The notes: generated from the sequence alone by a model not told the origin. A stretch of DNA of 60,796 bases from Gemmatimonadales bacterium (GCA_035549935.1 DASZPT010000089.1:1-60796); one strand, 5' to 3'. Positions 25,307-34,031 are shown, counted from the stretch's first letter. Numbers and translations are program-made.

Positions 25307-26371
25307 TCAGGTGCGGGCGTCGTCCAGGAAGACCAGGGCCTGACGCCGCCGGACCGCCGTTTCCAGCGCCCGGTAGACCTCGGGATCGAGCACGCTGCTC
25401 GCCAGGTCGCGCATCCGTTCGACGGCGAACTCCGGCGGCATCTTTTCCTGATAGGGACGCGAGGTGGTGAGCGCGTCGTAGATCTCGGCGGCGGCGAGGA
25501 TCCGGGCGCCGAGGGGGATCGTCTCGCTCTTGAGCCCGTCGGGATACCCCTGCCCGTCCCAGCGCTCGTGGTGACTCCGCACGTAGCCGATGATGTCGCC
25601 CAGGTGCGCCAGCGGGGCGAGAATCTGCGATCCCACCGTCACGTGCTGCTTCACCTGCTCGTACTCGTCGGCGGTGAGCGGGCCTTCCTTGTTCAGGATC
25701 TCCTCGCGGATCCCGATCTTGCCGATGTCGTGGAGCCGCCCCGCCATGCGGACCTGCTCCACCTGTTCGTCGCCCAGCCCGAGCTCGCCGGCGATCAGCG
25801 CGGCGAGGTCGGCCACGCGGGTGGAGTGCCCGCGGAGGTACGGATCCTTGGCCTCCAGCGCGTTCACCAGCGCCTCGAGGGTCGCGACCGAGAGCCGCTC
25901 GAGCTTGGCCCGTTCCCGCTTGAGCTCGGCGGTACGGACGGCCACCTCTTCCTTGAGCCACTGGTTGAGGTTGGCCTGCTCGACGAGGCTGTCGCGCTTG
26001 CGGATGGCGCGGAGGATGGCGCGGGCGAGGTCGGCGAGATCGATGGGCTTGGTGAGATAGTCCATCGCGCCGCGCTGCATGCAGAGCGCCGCGGTGGTCG
26101 CGTCGTTCACCGCGGTGAGCATCAGGATCGCGACCGAGGGCTCCAGCTCCAGCACCTGCGGCACCAAGTCGATGCCGCTCTTGCCGGGCATGCGGACGTC
26201 GAGCAGAAGGACGGAGATCTTCTGGCGCTGCAGAATGCGGAGGGCCTCGTCGCCCGACGCCGCGGTCTGCACGTCGTATCCCTGCTGGGTGAGGAACTTC
26301 TTGAGGGCGTTGCGGATCGGCTCTTCGTCGTCGACGACGAGAAGGCTGATCGGCACATCGGCCAGCGGCAA
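25307..26371 (-). CDS. RpfG-type response regulator: REC plus HD-GYP domain (putative c-di-GMP phosphodiesterase)
   Basis: SLLVVDDE...LLLDVRMPGKSG...; HD-GYP signature GRLHDIGKIGI and SHHERWDGQGYPDGL. Confidence 0.9.
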   Translation of the reverse strand: MPLADVPISLLVVDDEEPIRNALKKFLTQQGYDVQTAASGDEALRILQRQKISVLLLDVRMPGKSGIDLVPQVLELEPSVAILMLTAVNDATTAALCMQRGAMDYLTKPIDLADLARAILRAIRKRDSLVEQANLNQWLKEEVAVRTAELKRERAKLERLSVATLEALVNALEAKDPYLRGHSTRVADLAALIAGELGLGDEQVEQVRMAGRLHDIGKIGIREEILNKEGPLTADEYEQVKQHVTVGSQILAPLAHLGDIIGYVRSHHERWDGQGYPDGLKSETIPLGARILAAAEIYDALTTSRPYQEKMPPEFAVERMRDLASSVLDPEVYRALETAVRRRQALVFLDDART

Positions 26372-26466
26372 GGTGGCTCCGTGACTGGGGACGGGTTTCG
26401 AGGCCCGCTATCCAGTCTAAACCCATGCGGCCGGGGAGAATAGGGGCATTCCGAGTGGCGCACTCT

Positions 26467-26540
26467 CCCGTTCCACCAGGGCCCCGGCCCGGGGCTGCAG
26501 GCCGCCCGGCACCACGCGGAACTCGGAACCCGGAACGGGG
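26467..26540. repeat. GTTCCGN-heptamer hairpin element, copy 2 (degenerate)
   Basis: Three CGGAAC units at 26517-26536. CCCGTTCC (26467-74) pairs with GGAACGGG (26533-40). Lies immediately after the Mqn gene stop. Confidence 0.65.
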
Positions 26541-26544
26541 CCCC

Positions 26545-27387
26545 CTACCCCACGAACTCCACGTCCACCCGGTGCGGGATGATCCCGGCCTCGTGTCCCC
26601 GTCGGAGCAGCTCCCGGACCGCCTGCCGGCCCCGGTCGCCGTAGTCCACCGTCCACTGGTTGACGTACATCCCCACGAACCGGTCGGTCTTCTCGTCCCC
26701 GATCCCGCGGTTGAACTGCTTCGCGTGGGCCAGCGCCGGGGTGCGATGCTCGAGGGCGTAGACGATGCTCGCCTTGAGGTCCCGCGCCACCTGGTTCACC
26801 ACCGCGGGGCCCAGGTCCCGCCGTACCACATTGCCACCGAGCGGCAGGGGAAGCCCGGTGTCGGCGAACCACCACTCGCCCATGTCGGCCCAGAGGTGGA
26901 GCCCCTGGTCCTGGTAGGTCAGCTGGCCCTCGTGGATCAGGAGTCCCAGGTCCACGGTGCCGGCGAGGACCGCGTCCTCGATCTGGTCGAACGGCGTCAC
27001 CACCGGCTCGAACTCGGGCTGGTAGAGCTTGAGAGCCAGGAAGGCGGTCGTGAGCTTGCCGGGGACCGCGATCCGCTTGCCGCGGCAGGCGGTGCGCGGG
27101 TCGGCCGGGGCGGGGGAGCGGCTCACGAGCCGGGGGCCGTAGCGGTCGCCCATGCTGGAACCGGAATTGAGGAGCGCGTACCGGTCGGCGATGTAGGCGT
27201 AGGCGTGGATCGAGACGGCGGTCACCTCGAGACTGCCGTCGAGCGCCCGGCGGTTGAGCGACTCGATGTCGCTCAGCTCATGCACGTACCGCAGGTCGCC
27301 GGTGTCGATCTTCCCCTCGGCGAGCGCGTAGAACATGAAAGCGTCGTCGGAGTCGGGGCTGTGGGCAACGTGGATGGTCTGGGGCAT
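26545..27387 (-). CDS. MqnA/MqnD-family protein (futalosine-route menaquinone biosynthesis; MqnD-like)
   Basis: MPQTIHVAHSPDSDDAFMFYAL..., about 280 aa with periplasmic-binding-protein-like fold signatures of PF02621-type proteins. Confidence 0.8.
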   Translation of the reverse strand: MPQTIHVAHSPDSDDAFMFYALAEGKIDTGDLRYVHELSDIESLNRRALDGSLEVTAVSIHAYAYIADRYALLNSGSSMGDRYGPRLVSRSPAPADPRTACRGKRIAVPGKLTTAFLALKLYQPEFEPVVTPFDQIEDAVLAGTVDLGLLIHEGQLTYQDQGLHLWADMGEWWFADTGLPLPLGGNVVRRDLGPAVVNQVARDLKASIVYALEHRTPALAHAKQFNRGIGDEKTDRFVGMYVNQWTVDYGDRGRQAVRELLRRGHEAGIIPHRVDVEFVG

Positions 27388-27393
27388 GGGAGA

Positions 27394-27464
27394 GTTCCGG
27401 GTTCCGAGTTCCGGGTTCCGAGTTCCGCCGGGACCCGACTCGGAACTCGGAACTCGGAACCCGG
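27394..27464. repeat. GTTCCGN-heptamer hairpin element, copy 3 (largest)
   Basis: Five GTTCCG units (27394-27427), 13-nt loop, three CGGAAC units plus CCGG (27441-27464). Located between the zinc-ribbon gene stop and the Mqn gene start. Confidence 0.85.
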
Positions 27465-27473
27465 CACCGCTCG

Positions 27474-28175
27474 CTACGGAGCTGAGAGTTGCCGGCGGAG
27501 GTCGTCCAGCATCGCCTTGTGCTCCTGGTACTCGGGACGCTGCCGGGCGATCTGGGCATCGAAGTTGTCGAGGAAGGCCTTCCGGGCGCGCGCCTCGAGC
27601 GCGGCGTCCTTCTTCGCCTGGGCCACCTCGAGCCGGAGGAGATCGCCGAGGAGGTTCTTCGACGATTCCGCCTGGATCGTGTCGGCGAGGGCGAGGGCCT
27701 CGGGGTAGGCTCGCGTCAGGATGTAGATCGCCCCGGCATGGTAGCGGGCGTCGACATCCACCTGGTCCAGCATGCCGTAGGCCGAGATGGCCATGGGCGC
27801 GAAGCGCTGCGCGGTGGCGGTGTCGCCGGATTCCTGCGCGCTCATGATCCGGTCGTGCAGCCGGAGGAAGCGCTCCCGCGGCGTCATCTGGCTGATGTCG
27901 GGAGGCGCGCCCTGTGGCCTGGCCCCGGCGGCGGTGGCCGGGCCAGCGTTCCCGGCGTTGGCCATGTCGGGGCCGGTCGCGGGCGCCGGCGCGCGGTTCA
28001 CGAAGTACACGATCGAGGCGATGGCGATCGCCACCACCGCCCAGGCGGCGATCCAGATGCCGCGGTCGGAGCCGGCGCCGACCGCCCGCCCGCACCGGTG
28101 GCAGTACCGGGCACCGGGCGTGAGCGAGGCGTGGCAGGAGGGGCAGGCGGTGGCGCCGGGGGTCGGGTCGGTCAT
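27474..28175 (-). CDS. Zinc-ribbon membrane protein with a helical (TPR-like) C-terminal domain
   Basis: MTDPTPGATACPSCHASLTPGARYCHRCG (CxxC...CxxC), TM WIAAWAVVAIAIASIVYFV, then a helical domain. Confidence 0.7.
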   Translation of the reverse strand: MTDPTPGATACPSCHASLTPGARYCHRCGRAVGAGSDRGIWIAAWAVVAIAIASIVYFVNRAPAPATGPDMANAGNAGPATAAGARPQGAPPDISQMTPRERFLRLHDRIMSAQESGDTATAQRFAPMAISAYGMLDQVDVDARYHAGAIYILTRAYPEALALADTIQAESSKNLLGDLLRLEVAQAKKDAALEARARKAFLDNFDAQIARQRPEYQEHKAMLDDLRRQLSAP

Positions 28176-28290
28176 GGCGGGCGGGAATCTAGACGGGGGG
28201 ATGAGTTCGCGGAATGTTCCGCGGGCGAGGGCCCGGGGAGCGCGTGAGGCGGCGCGCCCTTCCCCCTCATTTCGCCCCTGATTAGCCTCC

Positions 28291-28584
28291 ATGCAACCCG
28301 GAGGATCGATGGCCCAGCCACAGCAGCCACCGCCGGTTCCCCTGCCCGATGCGCCCGCGGCCCGTCACCTGGGCGACCTGGCCCGCAGCCAGACCCGCTG
28401 GAGCGTCTACCTCGAGACCCGGATGGCCGGGACCCTGGCGCAGGGCAGGCTGCACTTCCTGGAAGGGAGCCGCCACAAGAGTACCGGGTGGATCTTCCGG
28501 GAGTGGACCGAACGCGAAATCCACGACCGGTTCAACGAGTTCAGTCCCGTCGAGCTCTGGAAGATTCTCGAAAGCCTAGGGTAA
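28291..28584 (+). CDS. Small hypothetical protein upstream of glnA
   Basis: 97-aa ORF with a balanced C-terminal half (WIFREWTEREIHDRFNEFSPVELWKILESLG). The start is uncertain (ATG 28291 or 28309). Confidence 0.5.
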   Translation: MQPGGSMAQPQQPPPVPLPDAPAARHLGDLARSQTRWSVYLETRMAGTLAQGRLHFLEGSRHKSTGWIFREWTEREIHDRFNEFSPVELWKILESLG

Positions 28585-28585
28585 C

Positions 28586-28653
28586 CGTTCCCGTTCCGTG
28601 TTCCGCGTTCCGCGTGGCGGCTTCGCGGAACGGGGAACGCGGAACTCGGAACG
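28586..28653. repeat. GTTCCGN-heptamer hairpin element, copy 4
   Basis: Four GTTCC(G) units (28587-28612), loop, then four (C/G)GGAAC units (28626-28652). Fills the gap between the small ORF stop (28584) and the glnA ATG (28657). Confidence 0.8.
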
Positions 28654-28656
28654 ATC

Positions 28657-30030
28657 ATGACGCCTCCCCGTCCCTCCATCACCGAATTCCCCCGCCAGGT
28701 CGCCGGCGCGTCCAAGGCCGATATCGCCCGGCTCGCGACCGAATTCCAGGTCGACTTCCTCCGCCTCCAGTTTACCGACATCCTCGGCATCAACAAGAAC
28801 GTCGAGGTGCCCCGGAGCCAGTTCGCGAAGGCGCTGGACGGGGAGATCATGTTCGACGGTTCCTCGATCGAGGGCTTTGTCCGGATCGAGGAGAGTGACA
28901 TGCTGCTGGTGCCGGACCTCGCCACCTTCCGGATCCTGCCGCAGGATGACGAGGGGGGACGGGTCGCGCGGCTGCTGTGCGACATCTATACCCCGGACCA
29001 CCAGCCGTTCGCCGGCTGCCCCCGCCTCACGCTCAAGCGCCAGATCGCGCGGGCCAAGGCCCTCGGCTTCACGATGATGGCGGGCTGCGAGGTGGAGTTC
29101 TTCCTCTTCGAGAAGGATGCGCAGGGGAACATCACCACCACCACCCACGACCAGGCGAGCTACTTCGACCTGACCCCGGTGGACAAGGGGGAGGAACTCC
29201 GCCGCCTGATCGTGCACGACCTCGAGCTCATGGGCTTCGAGGTGGAGGCGGCCCACCACGAGGTGGCGCCCGGCCAGCACGAGGTAGACTTCCGCTACGC
29301 CGACGCGCTCACCACCGCCGACAACATCGCGACCTTCCGGTTCCTGGTGCGCGACATCGCCAACCGGCACGGGTTCCTGGCGTCGTTCATGCCGAAACCG
29401 ATCCAGGGCCAGGCCGGGAGCGGGATGCACACCCACCAGAGCCTGTTCAAGGGGAAGGACAACGCCTTCTACGACCGGAAGACCGAGCACCAGCTCTCGG
29501 CCACCGCGCTGTCGTACGTCGAGGGGCTGCTGCAGCACGCGCGCGGGTTCTGCGCCATCACCAACCCGCTGATCAACAGCTACAAGCGGCTGGTCCCCGG
29601 CTACGAGGCCCCGATCAATGTCGCCTGGAGCATGCGGAACCGGTCGCCCCTCGTGCGGATCCCCGAGCGGCGGGAAGACGGCACCCGCTGCGAGCTCCGG
29701 ATGCCCGATCCCTCCGCCAACCCGTACCTGTCGCTCACGGTGCAGCTGGCGGCGGGGCTCGACGGCGTTGAGCACACGCTCGAGTGCCGCGAGCCGGTCA
29801 ACCGCAACATCTTCCGGATGAGCTACCGCGACCGGCGGAAGTACCAGATCGACGACCTGCCCCGCGACCTGCACGAGGCCCTCGACCGGTTCGAGAAGGA
29901 CGACGTGATCAAGGCGGCGCTGGGGGAGCACCTCACCGAGCGGTTCCTCGAAGCCAAGCGCGAGGAAGTCGCGCAGTTCAACCGCGAAGTGACCGAGTGG
30001 GAGGTCCGGAGCTACCTGGGCCGCTACTAG
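28657..30030 (+). CDS. glnA: Glutamine synthetase, type I
   Basis: FTDILGINKNVEVP, DGSSIEGF, FMPKP and GSGMHTHQSLF blocks. 457 aa. Confidence 0.95.
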   Translation: MTPPRPSITEFPRQVAGASKADIARLATEFQVDFLRLQFTDILGINKNVEVPRSQFAKALDGEIMFDGSSIEGFVRIEESDMLLVPDLATFRILPQDDEGGRVARLLCDIYTPDHQPFAGCPRLTLKRQIARAKALGFTMMAGCEVEFFLFEKDAQGNITTTTHDQASYFDLTPVDKGEELRRLIVHDLELMGFEVEAAHHEVAPGQHEVDFRYADALTTADNIATFRFLVRDIANRHGFLASFMPKPIQGQAGSGMHTHQSLFKGKDNAFYDRKTEHQLSATALSYVEGLLQHARGFCAITNPLINSYKRLVPGYEAPINVAWSMRNRSPLVRIPERREDGTRCELRMPDPSANPYLSLTVQLAAGLDGVEHTLECREPVNRNIFRMSYRDRRKYQIDDLPRDLHEALDRFEKDDVIKAALGEHLTERFLEAKREEVAQFNREVTEWEVRSYLGRY

Positions 30031-30035
30031 CGCCG

Positions 30036-31100
30036 CTAGAAGCCGGGGACGCCGGTCTTGAGCTTCACGTGGGTGACGAGGCGCGAGGGCGACGAGCCGC
30101 CCGGACTCTCGAGGCCCGCGGAGACATCGGCCCACAGCCAGTCCACCAGGGCGAACTCGAGCCCGGAGTTGACGAGCACGTCGGCCTTGGCGTTCTCCAC
30201 CATGGTCCCCTGCAGTTCGGCGTAGCCCTTGAGCCGGTTCCGCCCCGCGTAGAAGCGCGACGCGATGCTCCCCGAGGTGACGTAGTCGCTCACGCCCCGG
30301 TCGCGCTCGAGCCCCGCCCGCACGCCGATCAGGAACTGTCCCCACCGCCCGATCCCCCGGGCCACCGTCCCCCACAAGGACCAGGCATCGAACCGCGTGC
30401 CCCCGCCGGCCGAATCGGCGGGCGCGAGCCGCGCGGCGAGCGCCACGTCGGTAATGCCCGCGTTCCAGTAGCGCTCGGCCCAGCGGTCGCGGATCTCCTG
30501 GTTGAGCCCGGCGATCTGCTGCTCCTCCTCCTTCGTGAGCTCGATCGGCTGGGTCGGCCCGACCCGGAGGCGCGCCGCGCGGTAGATGGCCAGGATCTTC
30601 TCGGTGATTCCGGTGACGCGGAGGCTGTCGGGAAAGGCCCGGTCGGGGCGGAGGTCGGCCTCGTCGGCGACGGTGAAGCGGAGGCCCAGCGCCACTCGCG
30701 CGGTGCCGTCGCCCGCCGAATCGCGGAGCGCGGCGGCGGAGAGCCGGAGGTGATAGAGGAAGCGGGCCCGGCTCGCCGTCGCCGCCGACAGCCCCTGCTG
30801 GGCGACGAGGAGCCCGGGCGAGAATTCCACCGCGAAGGCCCGGGGCAGGGTGATGTCGCCCTGGTCATCCACGAACGAGGCGACCGCGACGCCGAGTTCG
30901 CGCGCGGTCTGGGGACGCAGGATCGTGCTCTGGTCCACCTGCAGGAGCTCGAAGGCGGGCGCGTCGGGAATCGCGAAGTTGACCTTGTAGGCGAAGGGCA
31001 CCTGCGCGACCCCGCCGTTCCCGACGGCGATCTGTGCGGCAAGCGGGCCCGCTCCCAGGAGCGCGAGGCCCAGCACGGCGGGGCCGGCGTGGCGGCGCAT
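30036..31100 (-). CDS. Secreted/outer-membrane hypothetical protein
   Basis: Signal peptide MRRHAGPAVLGLALLGAGPLAAQ; C-terminal ...HVKLKTGVPGF aromatic terminus. Confidence 0.7.
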   Translation of the reverse strand: MRRHAGPAVLGLALLGAGPLAAQIAVGNGGVAQVPFAYKVNFAIPDAPAFELLQVDQSTILRPQTARELGVAVASFVDDQGDITLPRAFAVEFSPGLLVAQQGLSAATASRARFLYHLRLSAAALRDSAGDGTARVALGLRFTVADEADLRPDRAFPDSLRVTGITEKILAIYRAARLRVGPTQPIELTKEEEQQIAGLNQEIRDRWAERYWNAGITDVALAARLAPADSAGGGTRFDAWSLWGTVARGIGRWGQFLIGVRAGLERDRGVSDYVTSGSIASRFYAGRNRLKGYAELQGTMVENAKADVLVNSGLEFALVDWLWADVSAGLESPGGSSPSRLVTHVKLKTGVPGF

Positions 31101-31102
31101 GG

Positions 31103-31471
31103 TCACTCCTGCTCCAGCTGGATGAAGATGTCGGCGAGTCCGCCGGGCGAGTTGGGCGGGACGAGCCGGTTGTCCCGCGCCAGCACCTTCTCGCCCTGGC
31201 TCACCGTCAGCTCGACCACCGTGGCCCTGGCCCCCGGTGGCACCGCGATGACCGCCATGCACTCGAGGAGCCGGCCGTCGTGCGCGCTGTTCGGCCTGGG
31301 CAGCTTGTAGCTGTCGTCGTCGGTGTTGACGAAGTTGCCGTTCCACTCCCGCACGACCCTGTTGCGGTTCGCCGCCCAGAGGAACAGCGTGTAGGAGCCG
31401 TCCCGGGGCGGCGTGCAGGTGATCGAGGCGACGAGATTGGGGCCGGTCTTCCTGAACCGCGCGGTCTTCAT
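31103..31471 (-). CDS. Small hypothetical protein coupled to the downstream OMP-like gene
   Basis: Start MKTARFRK.... Its stop lies 3 nt before the next start. No signal peptide. Confidence 0.55.
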   Translation of the reverse strand: MKTARFRKTGPNLVASITCTPPRDGSYTLFLWAANRNRVVREWNGNFVNTDDDSYKLPRPNSAHDGRLLECMAVIAVPPGARATVVELTVSQGEKVLARDNRLVPPNSPGGLADIFIQLEQE

Positions 31472-31542
31472 GGGACGCTCCCTGTCAGGGTCGTGACGCC
31501 CGCCTGACAATAGGTAGCAGGGCCTCCCCGCCCGCGGAATCC

Positions 31543-32031
31543 CTAGCGGCTGGCGTAGAGCCGCTTGAGCAGCTGGATCTGGCCGGTGTGATAGGCGTCA
31601 TGCGCCAGGATGCCGATGGCCATCTCGCCCCAGGTCCACCGTTTCCCCGATGGGGGCCGGCGGCCGAGCGCGTTCGGATCGAGTCGCGCCAGGGCGTGGA
31701 CCAGGGCCTCGTGCTCTGATGCGAGCAGCTGGCGATCGGCCCGCCATGCCGCCTCGTCGGGCCGCGCGGGGAGGGCCGGGAAGTTGGCGGGGCTCCGGGG
31801 GAAACGGGGGATCTCCCCCGCCTCGAGATGACGGCGGACGGTGTACTTCCAGTAGGCGATGTGGAGCGCCAGGCGCCAGATGCTCTGGCGCCCCCCGTTG
31901 GGAGACCAGCGCGCCTGCGTGGCGGTCACCCCGCGGAGGGCGCCGACCGGCGTCGGACCTCCGTGCCAGGCCTGCCCCCGCGCGGGTTGAAGGGTGTGAC
32001 GGATCAGGTCGACCGCGCTCGGTGCCGCCAT
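31543..32031 (-). CDS. DinB-superfamily protein
   Basis: HIAYWKY...H......AYHTGQIQLLKRL, the His-triad-like pattern of DinB_2 proteins. Confidence 0.8.
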   Translation of the reverse strand: MAAPSAVDLIRHTLQPARGQAWHGGPTPVGALRGVTATQARWSPNGGRQSIWRLALHIAYWKYTVRRHLEAGEIPRFPRSPANFPALPARPDEAAWRADRQLLASEHEALVHALARLDPNALGRRPPSGKRWTWGEMAIGILAHDAYHTGQIQLLKRLYASR

Positions 32032-32032
32032 T

Positions 32033-32926
32033 CTACCCTCCCTGTCGGACCAGGCCGAGCAGCTCGTCGACCACCGCCTCCGGCTGCTCCTCGTGAATAT
32101 GGAGGCCGGCGCCGTAGACGATCCGCTCGCGGATGTGCGGGATGCCGTGGGTCAGCGTGTGGATCCGCCCGCTGCTGGGCCCGCCGTCGTGCGCGGCCCC
32201 GCCCAGCATCAGCACCACCGGCACGTGGATCTCGGGCAGTCGGGGGCGGAGCGAGTCGGGCTCGACCGAGCGCTGCATCCCCTTGAGCGCCCGCAGTACC
32301 GCGCCCATGTCGCCGGCGGCGCCGTCGGTATAGCGGTCGATCAGCGAGTCGGTGACCCAGGTGGTGTCCCCCGAACTCGCGATCAGCCCCTTCCGCACTT
32401 CCTTCCTGATCCGGCCGCGTCCCGCGAAGAGCCGCACCAGGAACGAGAACTGCAGCGCCTTCTTCACCCCCGGCACCGCCGCGCTCTCGAGCGCGCCCCC
32501 CTCCACCAGCAGCAGCCCCTTCACCAGGTCCGGGCGCTGCAGCGCGAGGCGCAGCGCCACCGCGGTCCCGACCGCGTGGCCCATGATCACGGCGTGCCGG
32601 ATCCCGAGGGAATCCATCACCGCCGCGACCCGACGGGCCTGCGCGGTGTGCGAGTAGTCGGCGTTGCCCGGCCGTCCCGATGCGCCGACGCCGAGGGGCT
32701 CCACCACCACCGTCCTCACACCCGACTCGGCAAGCGGCGGGAGCACCTTCCGGAAGGCGTAGGCCGGGGAGACCAGCCCGGGGATGATGACCACCGCCGG
32801 GCCATTCGACGGGCCTACCGCGGTCACCTGCAGACTCTCGGCGGGAGCGACGGCCATGCGGCGGGCAAGGGAGTCCAGCGGGGTCGGCAGGTGGAGGGCG
32901 GCCGACAGGAGCAGGCTTACGATCAT
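32033..32926 (-). CDS. Alpha/beta-fold hydrolase-like protein with Ala at the nucleophile-elbow position
   Basis: Signal-like N-terminus MIVSLLLSAAL; VVIIPGLVSPAYAF; the elbow reads IMGHAVGTAVAL (G-H-A-V-G rather than G-x-S-x-G). Confidence 0.75.
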   Translation of the reverse strand: MIVSLLLSAALHLPTPLDSLARRMAVAPAESLQVTAVGPSNGPAVVIIPGLVSPAYAFRKVLPPLAESGVRTVVVEPLGVGASGRPGNADYSHTAQARRVAAVMDSLGIRHAVIMGHAVGTAVALRLALQRPDLVKGLLLVEGGALESAAVPGVKKALQFSFLVRLFAGRGRIRKEVRKGLIASSGDTTWVTDSLIDRYTDGAAGDMGAVLRALKGMQRSVEPDSLRPRLPEIHVPVVLMLGGAAHDGGPSSGRIHTLTHGIPHIRERIVYGAGLHIHEEQPEAVVDELLGLVRQGG

Positions 32927-33043
32927 GGGCCGGAATGTGACGGTGCCCGCTGGGTTCAGCAATCGCTGCCGGAAGAACGCGAAACGACACGTGGTCTAAT
33001 GACACGCATGGGCGTCGGAAAAGCCCGAGGGGGCGGCGAGGGA

Positions 33044-33157
33044 GTTCAGGGTTCCGCGTTCCGAGTTCGCGGTCGTCGCCGTAAGTGGTTGTATCCTAAG
33101 AGGATATGGCTGCGCCGCATCGAGTGCCTCCTCGGAGCTCGCGCACCCGGAACTCGG
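33044..33157. repeat. GTTCCGN-heptamer element, copy 5 (split and degenerate)
   Basis: GTTCAGGGTTCCGCGTTCCGAGTTCGC (33044-33070) and the partner CCGGAACTCGG (33147-33157). The interior carries the palindrome TATCCT-AAG-AGGATA (33092-33106). Confidence 0.55.
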
Positions 33158-33224
33158 CGCCCCTCCCGGCCCACCTCTTGCCCTACCACCCCCGAACTCG
33201 TTTGCGGGCTTTCACTTCGCCCAT

Positions 33225-34007
33225 GTGACCAGGCCAATGGAATCCAGGACCCACGCTACTCGACAGACCGTGATCCTTGCCGCCGGCAACGGCTCGCGGC
33301 TCACCGCCCAGCGCGGCGAGCTGCCGAAGCCGCTGGTGCGGGTCGCGGGGCGTGCCCTGATCGACCATGCCCTGGACCAGGCGGTGGCGGCCGGCGTCGA
33401 GGAAGCCATCATCGTGACCGGCAAGTCGGCCGACCAGATGCGGGCCCACCTCGCGACGATCGAGACCCCGCTCAAGCTGACCCTGGTGCACAACGAGCGC
33501 TACCACGATCCCAATGGCGTGTCGCTGCTCTGTGCCGAACGGCATGTGACCGGCCCGTTCTTCCTCCAGATGGCCGATCACGTCTTTGCCCACCCGGTGC
33601 TCGAGCAGCTCGCGCGGGTCGAGGGTGAGGCCGCCGGGCAGTGCCGGCTGCTGGTGGATTTCCATCCGGTGAACCTGGACGAGGACGACGCGACCAAGGT
33701 CCGGGTGAGCGGCCATCGCATCACGGCGATCGGCAAGGATATCTATCCGTACGACGCGGTGGATACCGGCTGCTTCCGGCTCGACGCCCGGGTCTTCGAG
33801 GCGCTCCGCGCGGTGGCCCGCCGCGAGCCGCCCAGTGTCACCCTCGGCATGCGGCAGCTGCTGGCGGAGGGGGCCTTCTCGGCGGTGGCGCTCACCGGGG
33901 TGCGGTGGACCGACGTGGATACCCCGGAGGACCACGCCAAGGCGGAGATGCTGCTCACGGCCGCGCTCCGGCGCCGGGCCTCGATGGGTGTGACCGCGGC
34001 GGCCTAG
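33225..34007 (+). CDS. Sugar/alcohol-phosphate nucleotidyltransferase (NTP_transferase fold)
   Basis: G-loop ILAAGNGSRL...LPKPLVRVAGRALIDH. About 260 aa. Confidence 0.8.
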   Translation: MTRPMESRTHATRQTVILAAGNGSRLTAQRGELPKPLVRVAGRALIDHALDQAVAAGVEEAIIVTGKSADQMRAHLATIETPLKLTLVHNERYHDPNGVSLLCAERHVTGPFFLQMADHVFAHPVLEQLARVEGEAAGQCRLLVDFHPVNLDEDDATKVRVSGHRITAIGKDIYPYDAVDTGCFRLDARVFEALRAVARREPPSVTLGMRQLLAEGAFSAVALTGVRWTDVDTPEDHAKAEMLLTAALRRRASMGVTAAA

Positions 34008-34031
34008 TCCGCGGCGAGTGGCGCGGTGGAT

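Noticed and set aside
12889-33157. Whether the GTTCCG repeat loci form a CRISPR array.
   Set aside because: The units are 7 nt long and directly abutting with no spacers. Each locus is a self-complementary hairpin under 120 nt. The loci are dispersed in separate intergenic regions, and no cas genes are present.
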